A stretch of 63,705 nucleotides of DNA, counting the filler, from Basidiobolus meristosporus CBS 931.73 (taxonomy: Eukaryota > Fungi > Basidiobolomycota): assembly GCA_002104905.1 (NCBI GenBank). It is 4 parts of 4 records of this genome, joined end to end, with 100 filler letters (N's around TTAATTAATTAA, not from the genome) between each part and the next. Parts side by side here need not be neighbours in the genome. Positions count along the whole stretch, not along the records: positions 27,558 to 46,060 come from MCFE01001060.1; positions 46,161 to 55,995 come from MCFE01001313.1; 2 more parts are not named here. One strand, 5' to 3'. Under the pieces are notes generated by a model. That model did no database searches. It saw only the letters and a list, made by a program, of their open reading frames with translations, and was not told the DNA's origin. The position numbers were made by a program, and so were the translations under genes. Of the stretch, positions 37,532 to 49,720 are shown piece by piece. The stretch's first letter is position 1. The number at the start of each line of letters is the position of its first letter.

Positions 37532-38051
37532 TGTCATGATCACATGACAACCATGAACACCCATGCCAAGTTTCAGCTTCCCAGCTCAATTTCTAAGAGA
37601 TTCCTTCTGGAACCTTCCACCACCTTCAGCAAGTTCCTGACCATTCCAAACCATTGTTACACAATGGAACATTCCATGGAAGCTTCCCATTGTATTTTTC
37701 ATAGTCCAGTACCATAAGTGGAGATACTAGGTCACATGACTTAGTCACTTGATCAGGTGACCCAATCCATTTCCCCATCCTGTCTCAGTGCCTTGCCTTC
37801 TATATTATTATCCCCAGCACTGCTGCTGTACCTCACCCCACAACCTCATTAGTATTGGCTAATATTTCTTGGCATCAGTATAGCCAAAAAGTACATATAG
37901 TCCCATCCCCCCTTAAGTATTCCTCAGTCTGATAAACACAGGTCTTGAATAAACAGCCTTGCATTGAATCCTGCCTTGCCTTGATGGTCCACACCTAAGT
38001 CCTTTCCTACCGTGCCTAGCTTTTCCTCCTGCCTTGTGTCAATTCATAACA
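37532..38051 (+). repeat. 3' LTR of Ty3 copy 2 (520 bp)
   Basis: TGTCA...CATAACA directly after the PPT. Confidence 0.93.
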
Positions 38052-38084
38052 CGGTTGGCATTATCATGGCATTGGGATGGTTTG

Positions 38085-39205
38085 TAGCAAGTACTGTATA
38101 ATGCAACTCTATTAATCTACCAATTGGCATTTCACATTTCTACCTCCCCAATTGCCTTTTGTAAAGTCCACTATAGAGTCTTACAACTATATTTGAGTAC
38201 CCACCACTGCCAAGACTATTCCACACATTAGTCAAATCAAAAAAACTATGGCTTCTTGCTTACCAACCTCTACATACATGCACATCTATGCAGTTCACAC
38301 CATTATAACCACAACTTTACAGCTTTTCAGTAGGATATACAGACAGTTGCCATATGCCATGTATTGTTGGTAACATATACATCTTAAGAACATATGATTG
38401 AATATTGCCACTGTTACTATGAATACCACAAGTATATCTAAAGAGTTCCTCTTAGTACATATTTGGTATATTCCTATCACTGCTGAGCTCTGTTACCTCT
38501 TGTAGGCTTGCTGCAGTTATTGTTTGAATGAAATTTTTGCTGTGAGGTTCAGGAGTTGGCTTATAATCAGGTGGTACCAAGAACACTCAAGTGAAGTTAC
38601 CCTAACACATAAAATTAATTTAGTTCCACTGATAGACCCAATCTAGATTGGCTGCCAAGATCCTAGAATGAGGCCATTGAAATGCTGGCAGTTCAAATTA
38701 TTCAGCCACTTTGCAATCTTATGATGGGATTGCAACAGTGTTCTGCAGATTCTACTGCTATATAGGTACGTAAGTTTGATGGCATTCAGGCAGTCCTTTG
38801 AAGGGTTTTGAATGGCATTCTGACAGTCTTGTTGTAGCGTACACTTACTTGAGTGGACCCAACCAGCCAGTATATGAAAGCACCATATATGGGAAAAAAC
38901 ATGATGGTATGTCAATGGCATTGATGTGGACATCTGTTGGCAATATAACAGTTTTGCCTTAGCCTACAACTACTACTGTATAATGCTACCATACCAATGT
39001 ACCAAATGGTATTGCCTTTTGCTACCACCCCTTGTGCAATACATGTGTTCCATTGTGGAATCACCCCAATTTACTTGCTTACCTACAGCTACTATAGGGC
39101 TTTCACATACAGTCTAAATCAGAGCAAACTCCTATCTCCTGCATGCTGATCTCTTAATGCACAAAATCCTGCTGCAATTGACACACTTCTATCACCACAA
39201 CCTCA
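38085..39205. repeat. Two partial copies of the unclassified repeat seen at 5850-6365
   Basis: By-eye homology at 38085-38335 and 38690-39205. Confidence 0.55.
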
Positions 39206-40110
39206 TTCAGCTTGGGGCTAGGCTGCTGTTTGCTGTCTGAAAACTTCTTGTAATCCTGATGGACTAAGGTAAGTTCTTTCTTGAGTGTTCCTTGGATGTC
39301 TAGAATTGTTGACACATGTCCAGCTGCTGAAAGATCCATAGGGTTTGCTGGAATCTATATATCAAATTTTGGATGAAACCAACAATCTGCATAGAATAGA
39401 GTGAGACCAGTTACACTGTGACCTGAGTTGTTGTAGGCAAATTCAGCATGTAGAAGCAGCTGGGTCCCATTATCTTGCTGATAGTTGATATAACATTGGA
39501 GGCACTGCCTAAGGATCTGGCTAATTCTTTCAGTCTAACCATCTGACTAACAATGGAAAGCAGTTGACAGCTTGACAGCACACCACAATATTGCATGAGT
39601 GTTTCCAGATTTTTGATGTGAACTGGGATCCTCTTTCAGATAAAATGTTACCAGGAATACTAATAGCCAGAAAATACTCTTGAGTACTAAGTGAGCAGTC
39701 TCCTTGCCAATGATGTTCTTAAAGCAGGGAAAGAAGTGAGCCATCTTTGTGGGTCTGTCTACCACTATTAGGACTGAATTGTGTTGGTTAGATTCAGAGA
39801 GGTTGGTAAGGAATTCCATTGAAATAGACTTCCACTGCCCAGCCATTGATTGCCAAGTGTTTGAGAACTCCATATGGCTGATGTCAGGCAAATTTTACAT
39901 TATCACTTATATCACAGGATTGGAGGTACTCCTTGACAGGAGATATTGTCTTGGGCCACCAGAAGTCTCTCTTGATTGCACTTATGGTCTTGGTAGTGCC
40001 CAAATGTCCTACAGCTATTGAATAATCACAAAAAACAGTGATGTCCAACTGTGTATCAAGGTTTGGGATATACAGTTGGTGCGTGTGGTAGATGATGTCA
40101 TTGAACTTGT
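39195..40110 (-). mobile_element. Decayed Ty3 integrase fragment (same family as copies 1 and 2)
   Basis: QWKSISMEFLTNL...VVDRPTKMAHFFPC; colinear with 8470-9375. Confidence 0.88.
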
Positions 40111-40267
40111 TCCACTGGAAAGTGCAAACCTGTTTATAGTGCCCAATTGATATGGCACTCTAAGGCACTATTGGGCAATCTAATTTCTACCCTAATGTCA
40201 GTGGTAGAATATGGTTACTGGTATATCTACTTAATCTTAATTCTCATTACTCAAAAGAGTGTTTTTC

Positions 40268-40633
40268 TATTGCAATTTGGGAAGTGATTTGAATATAAGG
40301 GACTTATCAAGATATAGTGAAATAGTTGAACTGTTGTTTATTCATAAAGAAGATTGGTATTTATATCTTTGTAAAAGTAATACAGTTTGGCACTAAGTAA
40401 GGAGGGTTTCTTAACATTTGTGAGCATACTCTAATAGCTTCAGGGTTAGTACATAATGTTGATAAAAGTTTTAATTTGATCTTCACTATAGGGGAATAAT
40501 CATAGTTTCATATATGTGAGAAAACTGGTAAAGTTGGGGCTGTTAATAAGTCCTACAGTGACCAAGACCAGTCTAGAATTGTTAAGTAGACTATTAGACT
40601 CTGAATGATACCAAATAGTACAATATTTCAACA
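40268..40633 (-). repeat. Solo LTR of copia family B
   Basis: Homologous to 41416-41784 and to the LTR start at 46022; flanks TTTTC/CTTTC are a near-TSD. Confidence 0.8.
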
Positions 40634-40647
40634 CTTTCTACTTTAAT

Positions 40648-41415
40648 TTACTCTTCATAATGCTCCAGACACATTTCTCCAAGTGGATGCCTTCTTATAT
40701 GGATATAATGTGCATTAATAAATATCTTAACTACCGCACCTATTTTGCTGTTTTCTCCTGTGAATGACTTTCTTCTGTACTTACCTGACAATATGCTGAA
40801 TCTCCTCAGATATCCAAATGTATGCTCTACTTTCACACTCAAATGCTTAAAGATTGCATTGCAGAGCTTCAGCCTCCTGCTAAACACACCATACCTTGGC
40901 TTCCTATGAGCTGTAATACACCTCTGACAGTCATCTCCTACATAAGCCAAGTGTGATATAAATTCCTCCCCCTCTACTGGTTTCTGGATGAATCTATACC
41001 CAGAGTGCTTTGTCATGCCTACTTCCAGTAAATGGCACACTAAACCTGATAATGTTACCCTCAATGTCAGACAGTGCTTGAAACATCACACAATGTGCCT
41101 TGTATTGACCAGAATAAAAGAGCCTTTGCCCTCTAGAAGATCTGTTGATCCTGACTGGGAAGGTATCCAAAATACTCCCAATATGAAACCAGTTGCTAAG
41201 CACTTTGGGACATGAAGGTCTATTGGAGCCCTTGAGCCCAGTATTTTAAGCTTTCTCCAAGTCATTCATACCCTCTGCAAGGTGGTTTGCTATTGCTGTT
41301 GGCTGGGAAGGAAAGCTTCTAAGACTTTTGTTCCCATGGGGGGTGGGATGAAACCTTGTAGGGCAATAGTTCTTGTAACAGCAGAGAAGCTTAAAAAGAG
41401 ATCTTTTTGTGTGGA
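40648..41415 (-). mobile_element. PIF/Harbinger-superfamily (ISL2EU-like, DDE_Tnp_4) transposase remnant
   Basis: GSILDTFPVRINRS...FYSGQYKAHC...GSRHD, then YVGD...ITAHRKP...VKVEHTFGYLRRFSIL; frameshifted; TIRs not identified. Confidence 0.82.
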
Positions 41416-41784
41416 TGTTGCAATTTAAGAAGTGATTTAGATATAAGGAACTTATCAAGAAATAGGGATAATAGTTGAAGTGTTGTTTATTTATAGAGAA
41501 GCTCAGTATTTATACCTTTGTAGAAGTAATACAGCTGTAACACTAAGTAACGAGAGTTTCTCAATATTCAGGGGCATTCTGTAACAGCTTCAGGGCTAGT
41601 ACATAATAGTTAGTATTAGTGCTAATTTGATCCTGACTATATGAATATATTCATAAGGTCATAGATCTGAAGAAAGTGGCATAGTTAGAGCTGTAAATTA
41701 GTCTCATAGTGACCAAGACTAGTCCAGAATTGTTAAGTAAATTTTTAGCTGCAGAATGATACCAAATAGTCCAATATTTCAGCA
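41416..41784 (-). repeat. Solo LTR of copia family B with TSD GTGGA
   Basis: 369 bp, TG...CA termini; GTGGA at 41411-41415 and 41785-41789. Confidence 0.92.
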
Positions 41785-41989
41785 GTGGATTGGGGTACAT
41801 GGTTCACAGTACTTTGTATAAATCTCCTCTAAAATGTTAAAAGATAATCCAGTAGTAGTGATGAGATTGATGAGAAAAGGTAATTCAGGTGAGTAAGTCA
41901 TATTAATGCTGATACAAAATTGGGCAGAGGTGATATGAGTTGCTATGGTGCAATCAGCTTAATAGATCTGTTTTTTCATGCATTATTAT

Positions 41990-42156
41990 TATTTCTCAAC
42001 CCATACCAAACCTATCCTCAAGGTTACAAGCATGCTGTGGATCAAAAAAGCTTGGATACCCTGTGGAAGTCTTGTCCAATAGAGGAGCAAACTTTATGGC
42101 AAATATATTAGTAGTCTACCTGGAAATGCAACAGATCAAACATCTAAAACTTTTAT
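41990..42156 (+). mobile_element. Short retroviral-type integrase fragment
   Basis: LGYPVEVLSNRGANFMANIL...IKH resembles the integrase core (P..I.SD.G.NF). Confidence 0.55.
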
Positions 42157-45100
42157 TGTAATAGTTGACTGTATAGTATCATTCAATAGCTAAAAATTTA
42201 CTTAATAATTCTGGACTAGTCTTAGTCACTGTAGGACCAACCTATAGCCCTAACTCTTCACTTTCTTCAGATCTATGATGCTATGATTATTCCCCTATAT
42301 TCAAGATCAAATTAACATCTGTATCATACATTATGTACAAACCCATGTCTTGATAAGTACCTTATACCCAAGTCATCACTTAAGTTGTAACAGGCTATTA
42401 GTCCTGATAACCTTAATTCTTTCTAAAGATGTCATTTACCAGCAAACAGAACAATACAAACATCTTCCCATTCAAGGAGAGGCTAGATCGGAAGAACTAC
42501 AGACTTTAGAGAATGAAGATGCAGATCCACCTTGAGGAAAGAAAGCTTTGCAATAGAGTACCAGGAAGAGAAGTTGGGCCAAAAGGAACAGCAGGAGCAG
42601 AGGAAAGTTTCAAGAGAATGAGAGAAAAGCCTTTGATGCCATATGTATCAATGTTCAAAATTCTTTCATTGGGCAAATTCATGCTTTGGAATCCTTGGAG
42701 AAGATCCTCAGTGCAAGACAGTATCTAGCAAGCTGTATTTAAAATAAAGGTTCTTCAACATGAGGAAGAAGCCAGATGATGACATGCTACATCTCAATAC
42801 CGGAATGGAGACACCTGCAGAAGAATTTTAGAGTATTAATGCTGGTGTATATAAGAACAAAAGATACTCTGTCTGCTTTGCAGCTTACCAGATGAGTATG
42901 ATCCACTGTTACTTTTATTTGAAAGCAGACAAAACAATCTGACTATACACTATGTCAAAGGAAGACATCTCAATGAACAGCTCAGATGTAATGATCCAGC
43001 AGAGAAAATAAAGGATAATACTTTATTCAGCTCAGAAAGGCACATAGAAAAGAATGGAAAGCAACAAAACTGAAGAAAACCTGGTTGCTGTAGCTACTGT
43101 AAGAAGCAAGGACAATGGGCAAGAGAATACAAGAGGAAACAAGCAGACAAAAGCAGAAGCTATAGCAGGCAAACCATATAACTACTGATGAATAATTATT
43201 TGTCATTGTACAAGAGAGTGCATGTAAGCAAAGTAATAAATGGTATATTGACTCTAGAGCATCACAGCATATTTGCTGTTTAAAGTAGTGGTTCAGCAAC
43301 TTAAAGACTATTCTGATGATAAAGGTTTATCTGGAAGACAACTCTGCACTGGAAGCTACCACCAGTAGGTCTATACAACTAAATATGAAAGATGTCTCAG
43401 AGGCAACAACAGCAAAACTGACCAATTTACTTTATGTGCCTGTAAGAGCTAAAAGCCTACTCTGAATCAGTAAAGCAACTATTCAGGAACTAAAGTTTGT
43501 TTGAACCAAGCTAAGCTGCTCAATATGGAGTGAATGTGGACAATAATTAACTCTGGAAACAGAGATCACAATATATACAAGTCACAATGCAAGATCATTG
43601 TACCTGAATATGTTGACATTGCTGAAACTGACAGGAAGACATGATACAGCAGGCAAGGACACATTGGGGAGCAGGAAATGAGCCAATTGGTGAAAAATCA
43701 ACTTGTTTTGGGCCACATTACTCAATTTCAATTCAGTTAAATATCTGTAAAGGATGTTCATATAGCAAACAAGCTAGGCACCATTTCAGGAGCTCAGGGG
43801 GCTTTAACACCACTGAGATATTGGTATTGTGCGATCACACACATGTGTGCCCATGAGAACACTGTCCCTTGGAGCTAAGAGGTACTTTATGATGTTTACT
43901 GATGACAACACAAGGTATACATAGATGTACTTCCTCAAGACAAAGGATGAGGCTTTAGAGATATTTAAGCACTTCAAGAACGTGGCAGAAACACAAACTG
44001 GGTGTAAATAGAAGGTACTTCAAAGTGCTAATGGAGGGGAATACTGCTCAAAGGGGTTTACAAAATACTGCTCATCTACTGGCATACTTCAACAGACCAC
44101 TGTTCCACTTACTCCAGGAAAGAATGGAGTAGCAGAAAATGAAATACAACTATAGTAGAGATGGGAATATCTATGCTACCTGATAAGGGAATGGACTAAA
44201 AATGTACAGCTAAATCTATTGCTACCCAGTGTATATCAAGAATAGATACTCAAGACAGCTGCCTGATGATGCAATCAACAGTAACAAAGAAGACACATAC
44301 ATAACTTGGCCAGATATGGAAGACAATTCCACCAGTTTCAGATCTGAGCATATAATCCTAGTTAGGAGATCCACCATAACAAGAAATGCCCCTTGATTCC
44401 TGGTGACAGACATCCAACAATCATGAAGAAGTTTATCATGCCTTACGTGCCAAAGCTGAGAATCTGGAACATGCAATGAACAGCCCAGATGCTACAATGT
44501 GGCATCAAGTCATGCAGGAGGAGTACCAATCACTAATTGGGGCAAAAATGTGGCAACTGGTAGGTTTATGAAAGGAGAGAAAGCAATAGGTTGTAGATGG
44601 GTCTACAAGATCGTGATAACCTCAAATGATACTGTTGAAAGGTACACCACTAGACTGGTAGGCAGCAGCTATTCTTAGATCCTAGAACTAGACTCTAAGG
44701 AAATATTTGCTCTGGTTGCCAAGTTTAACTCTACTAGGACAGTTCTGGTCCTGGCAGCTGTATGCAGTCTAGATACACCAAATGGACATCAAAACAGCCT
44801 TTCTGAATAAAGACAGCAAGAAACTAAACATATGGAGCTATCAGAAGGCTTTACCAGTCCAAAAGGCCCCCATAATGTGTGCAGACTTAGGATACTGTGG
44901 TATGGGCTTAAGCAGGCAACTGGAGCATGATGTAACAAGATTGACACATATCTAGTGGAGATTGGGCTCATCTGTAGCACTATATATCACAATATATATG
45001 GGACACAACTCAAAAGTGTGATCATCTTGGTTCTTTATGTGGACAACCTAATAAGAGCTATAGGTGACCAGGAGGCACTTAAACAGACAAAATCAGATCT

Positions 45101-46060
45101 ATACAGCAAGTTTGAGATGAAAGATCTTGGAAAATTAAGCTATTCTCTTGGAATTGAAGTAACATTTGACATACCCACCTAAAAAATTGTTTTGAAGTAG
45201 TCTAGGTACATCAGGGACATTCTTAAGTGCTTCAATATGGATAATTGCTAGCCTGCAGCTACCCCAATGGACAGTAATCTGAAACTGGGCAAATCTCAGC
45301 CAGTTTTGGGTGAAATAGGCTCAAATATGGCCAAAACCTTTCCTATCAATCAATGGTTGGTAGCCTGATGTACTTGATGGTGTCTACACATCCAGATAAC
45401 ATAGTGGCAGTTGCAATAGTAATACAGTTCATACAAAATTATGGATCAGATCAATCTACAGCAGTTAAGAGGATTGCCAGATAACTTCAAGGTACCATAA
45501 ATATGGTATTGGAATACTCTTGGGCAGCTAATAGGCAAAATTTTGATGGTTATAGTTACTCAGACTGTAATATGGACATGACTGGCCAATGCTCTACTAC
45601 TAGGTATGTATTTCTTTGCGCTGGTGTTGCTATTACTTGGAATTGCAACAAGCAACCAACTGTGGCCCTATCTACAACTGAAGTTGAGTATATGGCTGCT
45701 TGTCAGCAACTTAGCAGGCTGTATGCCTCCAAAAACCATTCAAGGACCTAGGTTTCAGTTCAGGTGAACCAGCGTGAATTTACAAGAATAATCAAAGTTG
45801 TATTTCACTAGCCAGGGATCCCACTAGTCATGCTAGAGCTAAGCACATAGTCAAACAACACCACTTTATGAGCAAAGCTGTAGAAAACAACTCAGTAGAG
45901 TTAGTTTCCTGCCTAACTGACAAAATGTTGGCAGACCTATTGACACAGCCACTGGCAGCACCAAAAGTTTAGAATCTCAGAGATATATTAGAATTAGAAA
46001 TTATCTAGCTGAGGGGGTGGGTGTTGAAGTATTGGACTTTTTTGTTATCATTCAGCAGCT
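42157..46060 (+). mobile_element. Ty1/copia family B element, heavily decayed; 3' LTR cut by gap
   Basis: Deleted 5' LTR ~42157-42392; PBS-like GGCTATTAGTCC; remnants of LDS..SQHIC, LYVD and KQPTVALSTTEVEY; PPT GAGGGGGTGGG at 46011-46021; LTR start TGTTGAAG at 46022. Confidence 0.85.
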
Positions 46061-46160
46061 NNNNNNNNNNNNNNNNNNNNNNNNNNNNNNNNNNNNNNNN
46101 NNNNTTAATTAATTAANNNNNNNNNNNNNNNNNNNNNNNNNNNNNNNNNNNNNNNNNNNN
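46061..46160. other. Artificial 100-nt scaffold spacer
   Basis: 44N-TTAATTAATTAA-44N. Confidence 0.97.
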
Positions 46161-46161
46161 C

Positions 46162-46959
46162 AACGAGAAGTCCAAGCAAAAGATCAATCTGAAGAGCGTT
46201 GGTATAGGTAATGGCTGGATAGACCCTCGCCTTCAAGAGAAATACTATGCTCCTCAAGCATGTGATGGCCCATATGGGGCAGTGCTCAGCAAGAGTGTTT
46301 GCCAAAAAATGTACGCAGCCTATCCTCAATGCTACAAGTTGGCCACAAAGTGCTACAAGGACCCTACTTTCCAGAAGTGCAATGATGCCACCAACTACTG
46401 CAGTGAGTATATTGAAAACCCATACTACGATTCCGGCTTAAATCCCTACGACGTGCGCAAGAAATGCGATCCGAACAGTTCACTTTGCTACGATATCGAG
46501 GCTGGTATCGATATATGGTTAAACCGACCTGAAATCAGAAGTGAACTAGGTGTGGCTAAGCAAGTTGGGAAATTCGAATCATGCAGCAATGCTGTAGGAG
46601 AGAACTTCTCGAAGACACCAGATAATATGTTGAATTTCGCTGACCGCTTACCTATTCTTCTCAATGCCGGTGTTCGTGTCTTACTCTATGCTGGTGACGC
46701 TGATTTCATCTGCAATTGGATGGGGAATAAGGCTGTGGCATTGGATATTGAGTGGTCTGGCAAGAAACGCTTCAATAAGGCCAAAGATATTTCTTGGAAA
46801 GTCAATGGAACCGACGCTGGAGAAGTCAGGGCCTATGACAAATTAACTTATCTTCGAGTCTTCAAGGCAGGTCATATGGTTCCATTTGACCAACCAGAAG
46901 CTGGCCTAAGCATGCTAAATACTTGGCTCAGCAATGAATCATTCTCCAAGCATCGCTGA
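46162..46959 (+). CDS. Serine carboxypeptidase (family S10, carboxypeptidase Y-like), 3' part only
   Basis: Frame open from the gap: INLKSVGIGNGWIDP, catalytic-Asp region YAGDADFICNWMGN, catalytic-His region AGHMVPFDQP; stop at 46959. Confidence 0.93.
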   Translation, partial: NEKSKQKINLKSVGIGNGWIDPRLQEKYYAPQACDGPYGAVLSKSVCQKMYAAYPQCYKLATKCYKDPTFQKCNDATNYCSEYIENPYYDSGLNPYDVRKKCDPNSSLCYDIEAGIDIWLNRPEIRSELGVAKQVGKFESCSNAVGENFSKTPDNMLNFADRLPILLNAGVRVLLYAGDADFICNWMGNKAVALDIEWSGKKRFNKAKDISWKVNGTDAGEVRAYDKLTYLRVFKAGHMVPFDQPEAGLSMLNTWLSNESFSKHR

Positions 46960-47266
46960 ATCGATTGATTTATTTCCAGAAATTTTGACATCATGAGTTC
47001 AACAATAAACAAATACCCAACATTAGAAAAACTACTAATTGGATTCCGTGTCTTTAACAAATAATGAACGCGTAGTGGATTCCTCGTATTAAATATTGAA
47101 GCTATGTAGCACTTTGATTACTCAATCTTCTCCAACAAGTAAATAAGAGAGATTTCCAAGTATGACATAAGAGAGATGACTGTATTTATGTTCAAGTTTT
47201 GACTTGTATACTTCCGTTGTGGTGACACCAATTCAGAGCCCTGTTCAGGTTTTAGATGCGAGACAC

Positions 47267-47809
47267 CTAGATGTTTGCTTGCCAAATGGCCAATACAACT
47301 ATCAAGGAGCCGAATGTAGTGCTGTAGTGCAAATGGTCCGCGGCATTAGGAATGACTGTTGGTGCAGGGTTGTTAGCTACGCTGGTGCTCTGTGACACAG
47401 CTGGGCTCACGCTAGGTTTGGCAACAGGTGATACACCTGTGCTGGCTGATGCTGGAGCTGAAGTGATTGCTGAGGATGGAAACGATGCTGACCCAATGCT
47501 GGACCTGACACTGGACGGACTTGCTGAACTGATGACACCACTGCTTGGGATGCCAGTGCCAACCGGGCCAACTCCTGATGATCTTGGTGGCTGGCTTCCA
47601 CTTGCACTCACTGGGGACTTTGGTCTTCCAGATGAGGCAGGTGGACCGTGAGTCCCACTAGGCACAGAGTGAGGGGACCCGATGACGGTGCTTGAGGATG
47701 GCAAATCATCGGAGGTAGGGTCATCGAATGTCTGAGCTTGTGAGATTGAAGCGGCCAATGCTACAATGAGCAACGCACTGAGCACTGAGAGTCTGTAGTT
47801 CATTTTCAT
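47267..47809 (-). CDS. Secreted Ser/Pro/Thr-rich, putatively GPI-anchored surface protein, copy 1 (180 aa)
   Basis: Signal peptide MKMNYRLSVLSALLIVALAASISQA; Cys-free low-complexity body; omega-like PN-AA followed by a hydrophobic tail. True start taken as MKMN at 47809. Confidence 0.85.
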   Translation of the reverse strand: MKMNYRLSVLSALLIVALAASISQAQTFDDPTSDDLPSSSTVIGSPHSVPSGTHGPPASSGRPKSPVSASGSQPPRSSGVGPVGTGIPSSGVISSASPSSVRSSIGSASFPSSAITSAPASASTGVSPVAKPSVSPAVSQSTSVANNPAPTVIPNAADHLHYSTTFGSLIVVLAIWQANI

Positions 47810-47890
47810 GCTGGTGGATGCAGGAATGGCAGAATGAGAGAGATGAGAATGGAGGATGATTGTTGAGTAGTCAGGAATACATCCCAGCAC

Positions 47891-47897
47891 TTATATA
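47891..47897 (-). promoter_or_regulatory. TATA box (TATATAA) shared by the three surface-protein genes (also ~49168-49174 and ~50347-50353)
   Basis: About 80 nt upstream of each ATG, inside the conserved duplicated upstream block. Confidence 0.65.
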
Positions 47898-48541
47898 CTC
47901 TTGCGTAGTGGCTGCCAAGTAACATCCGAGTAGGCTAAGCTATGTAACATGGAAATAGTGATTGGGCTGAAGTGACTCGATCACTGCTGATGAGCGTGAA
48001 ATGATACTTGTTTCCACTGGTCTGATGCCTTTCAACTCTCTAAAGTATTGCTTTTTAGCTTCCTGGCTATTGATACTTAGCCTTGGTGTTTATATCAGTG
48101 TCAGTGCCATCCATTAGGAGCTTTGTATCAACTGCTACTTAATCGTTCCGCTACTGCGACACACTATAAAGGCCTGGTACCAAACTTTCAACTCGAATGT
48201 GCTAGCCATGCAATTGGGGGGAGATGACTCATATTACTGTCGTAATTACAGCTCAAACGAAGGCTGAAAACGTATGGGCTAATACACCATTTCTAGAAAA
48301 TGTTTTCATCCGAATCGTTCTGTGCAAACGTGATTACTAGGTGGAAAAAGATTTCAAGGCACGATTTACTAATGTTGGACTACTGTCCTCATCTAGCAAA
48401 TATAGTCCCTCACTGGGAGTAGGTATAAAGAAAAGTGGGTTGACTTTATTGAGATTAATGTTGCGGCATAAACTGAATATTCCCACACTTTTTGGAGATG
48501 ATGCCAATGGTGCGTTGCTCAGATATTACAATATGGGATGT

Positions 48542-49087
48542 CTAGACGTAGGCTTGCCATATGGGCAATACAAACATGAAAGTGCCTAGTATGCCAATAC
48601 TGAAGTACAAACGGTCCCCGGCATTAGGAATGACTGTTGGTGCAGGGTTGTTAGCTACGCTGGTGTTCTGTGACACAGCTGGGCTCACGCTAGGTTTGGC
48701 AACAGGTGATACACCTGTGTTGGCTGGTGCTGGAGCTGAAGTGATTGCTGAGGATGGAAACGATGCTGACCCAATGCTGGACCTGACACTGGACGGACTT
48801 GCTGAACTGATGACACCACTGCTTGGGATGCCAGTGCCAACCGGGCCAACTCCTGATGATCTTGGTGGCTGGCTTCCACTTGCACTCACTGGGGACTTTG
48901 GTCTTCCAGATGAGGCAGGTGGACCGTGAGTCCCACTAGGCACAGAGTGAGGGGACCCGATGACGGTGCTTGAGGATGGCAAATCATCGGAGGTAGGGTC
49001 ATCGAATGTCTGAGCTTGTGAGATTGAAGCGGCCAATGCTACAATGAGCAACGCACTGAGCACTGAGAGTCTGTAGTTCATTTTCAT
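48542..49087 (-). CDS. Secreted Ser/Pro/Thr-rich putative GPI-anchored protein, copy 2 (181 aa)
   Basis: Near-identical to copies 1 and 3; tail PN-AGDRLYFSIGILGTFMFVLPIWQAYV. Confidence 0.87.
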   Translation of the reverse strand: MKMNYRLSVLSALLIVALAASISQAQTFDDPTSDDLPSSSTVIGSPHSVPSGTHGPPASSGRPKSPVSASGSQPPRSSGVGPVGTGIPSSGVISSASPSSVRSSIGSASFPSSAITSAPAPANTGVSPVAKPSVSPAVSQNTSVANNPAPTVIPNAGDRLYFSIGILGTFMFVLPIWQAYV

Positions 49088-49720
49088 GCTGGTGGATGCA
49101 AGAATGGCAGAATGAGAGAGATGAGAATGGAGGTGATTGTTGAGTAGTCAGGAATACATCCCAGCACTTATATACTCTTGCGTAGTGACTGCCAAGTAAC
49201 ATCCGAGTAGGCTAAGCTATGTAACATGGAAATAGTGATTGGGCTGAAGTGAGTCGATTACTCCTAATGAGGGTAGAATTGCCCTAGGTTCCACTGATAT
49301 GATACCTCCAAACACTCGGCAATGTTGGCATTCTACTTCTTGATATTTGATATATAGCTTTGGCGATCTGATCTGAGTCTGTGCTATATGAAGCGTGCTC
49401 TCCGGAAGCTCGACATTAATTTCAAGTGCGTAGCTTATCTTATCATTTTTCTCTTGCAATTGCAACCCAGACAAAGACTAAAGGTATGTAAGTATTTATT
49501 CCTCTGATATCCAACATTCACAAGACGATGATATCCTAGGGGTAGAACATGATGGCGAGCTCGGCTTATATTTATCGCTGGTGCCTTATTTTGGAAGCAC
49601 GAAATCGCGTCCGAAGGACTTCCAAGAAGTTCAACTCTGACATAGCTTTATTTAGATTTAATACATCTGTAAAGAACACGACAATCGACATGTTTGCTAG
49701 GAAATTACAATGTGATGAGT

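Larger units (their letters stand above)
33605..38051 (+). mobile_element. Ty3/gypsy chromovirus-type element, copy 2 (5'-truncated, disrupted)
   Basis: gag LISQFQDGLNDEV and CCHC; PR ALIDSGAS; [12 protein letters not shown]; RH; IN; chromodomain EFEVKQILDSK...YLIDWIGYGPSDQTWEP; PPT GAAGAGGAGAATAG; 3' LTR 37532-38051. Confidence 0.95.

Noticed and set aside
40268-41784. Two direct ~370-bp repeats flanking a transposase, looking like an LTR-bounded composite element
   Set aside because: The right repeat has its own TSD (GTGGA) and the left a near-TSD; both are independent solo LTRs of copia family B.
47267-47890. 207-aa longer form of surface protein copy 1
   Set aside because: The extension starts at an ATG immediately beside the TATA box; copies 2 and 3 have TGA in this stretch, so the shared MKMN start is preferred.
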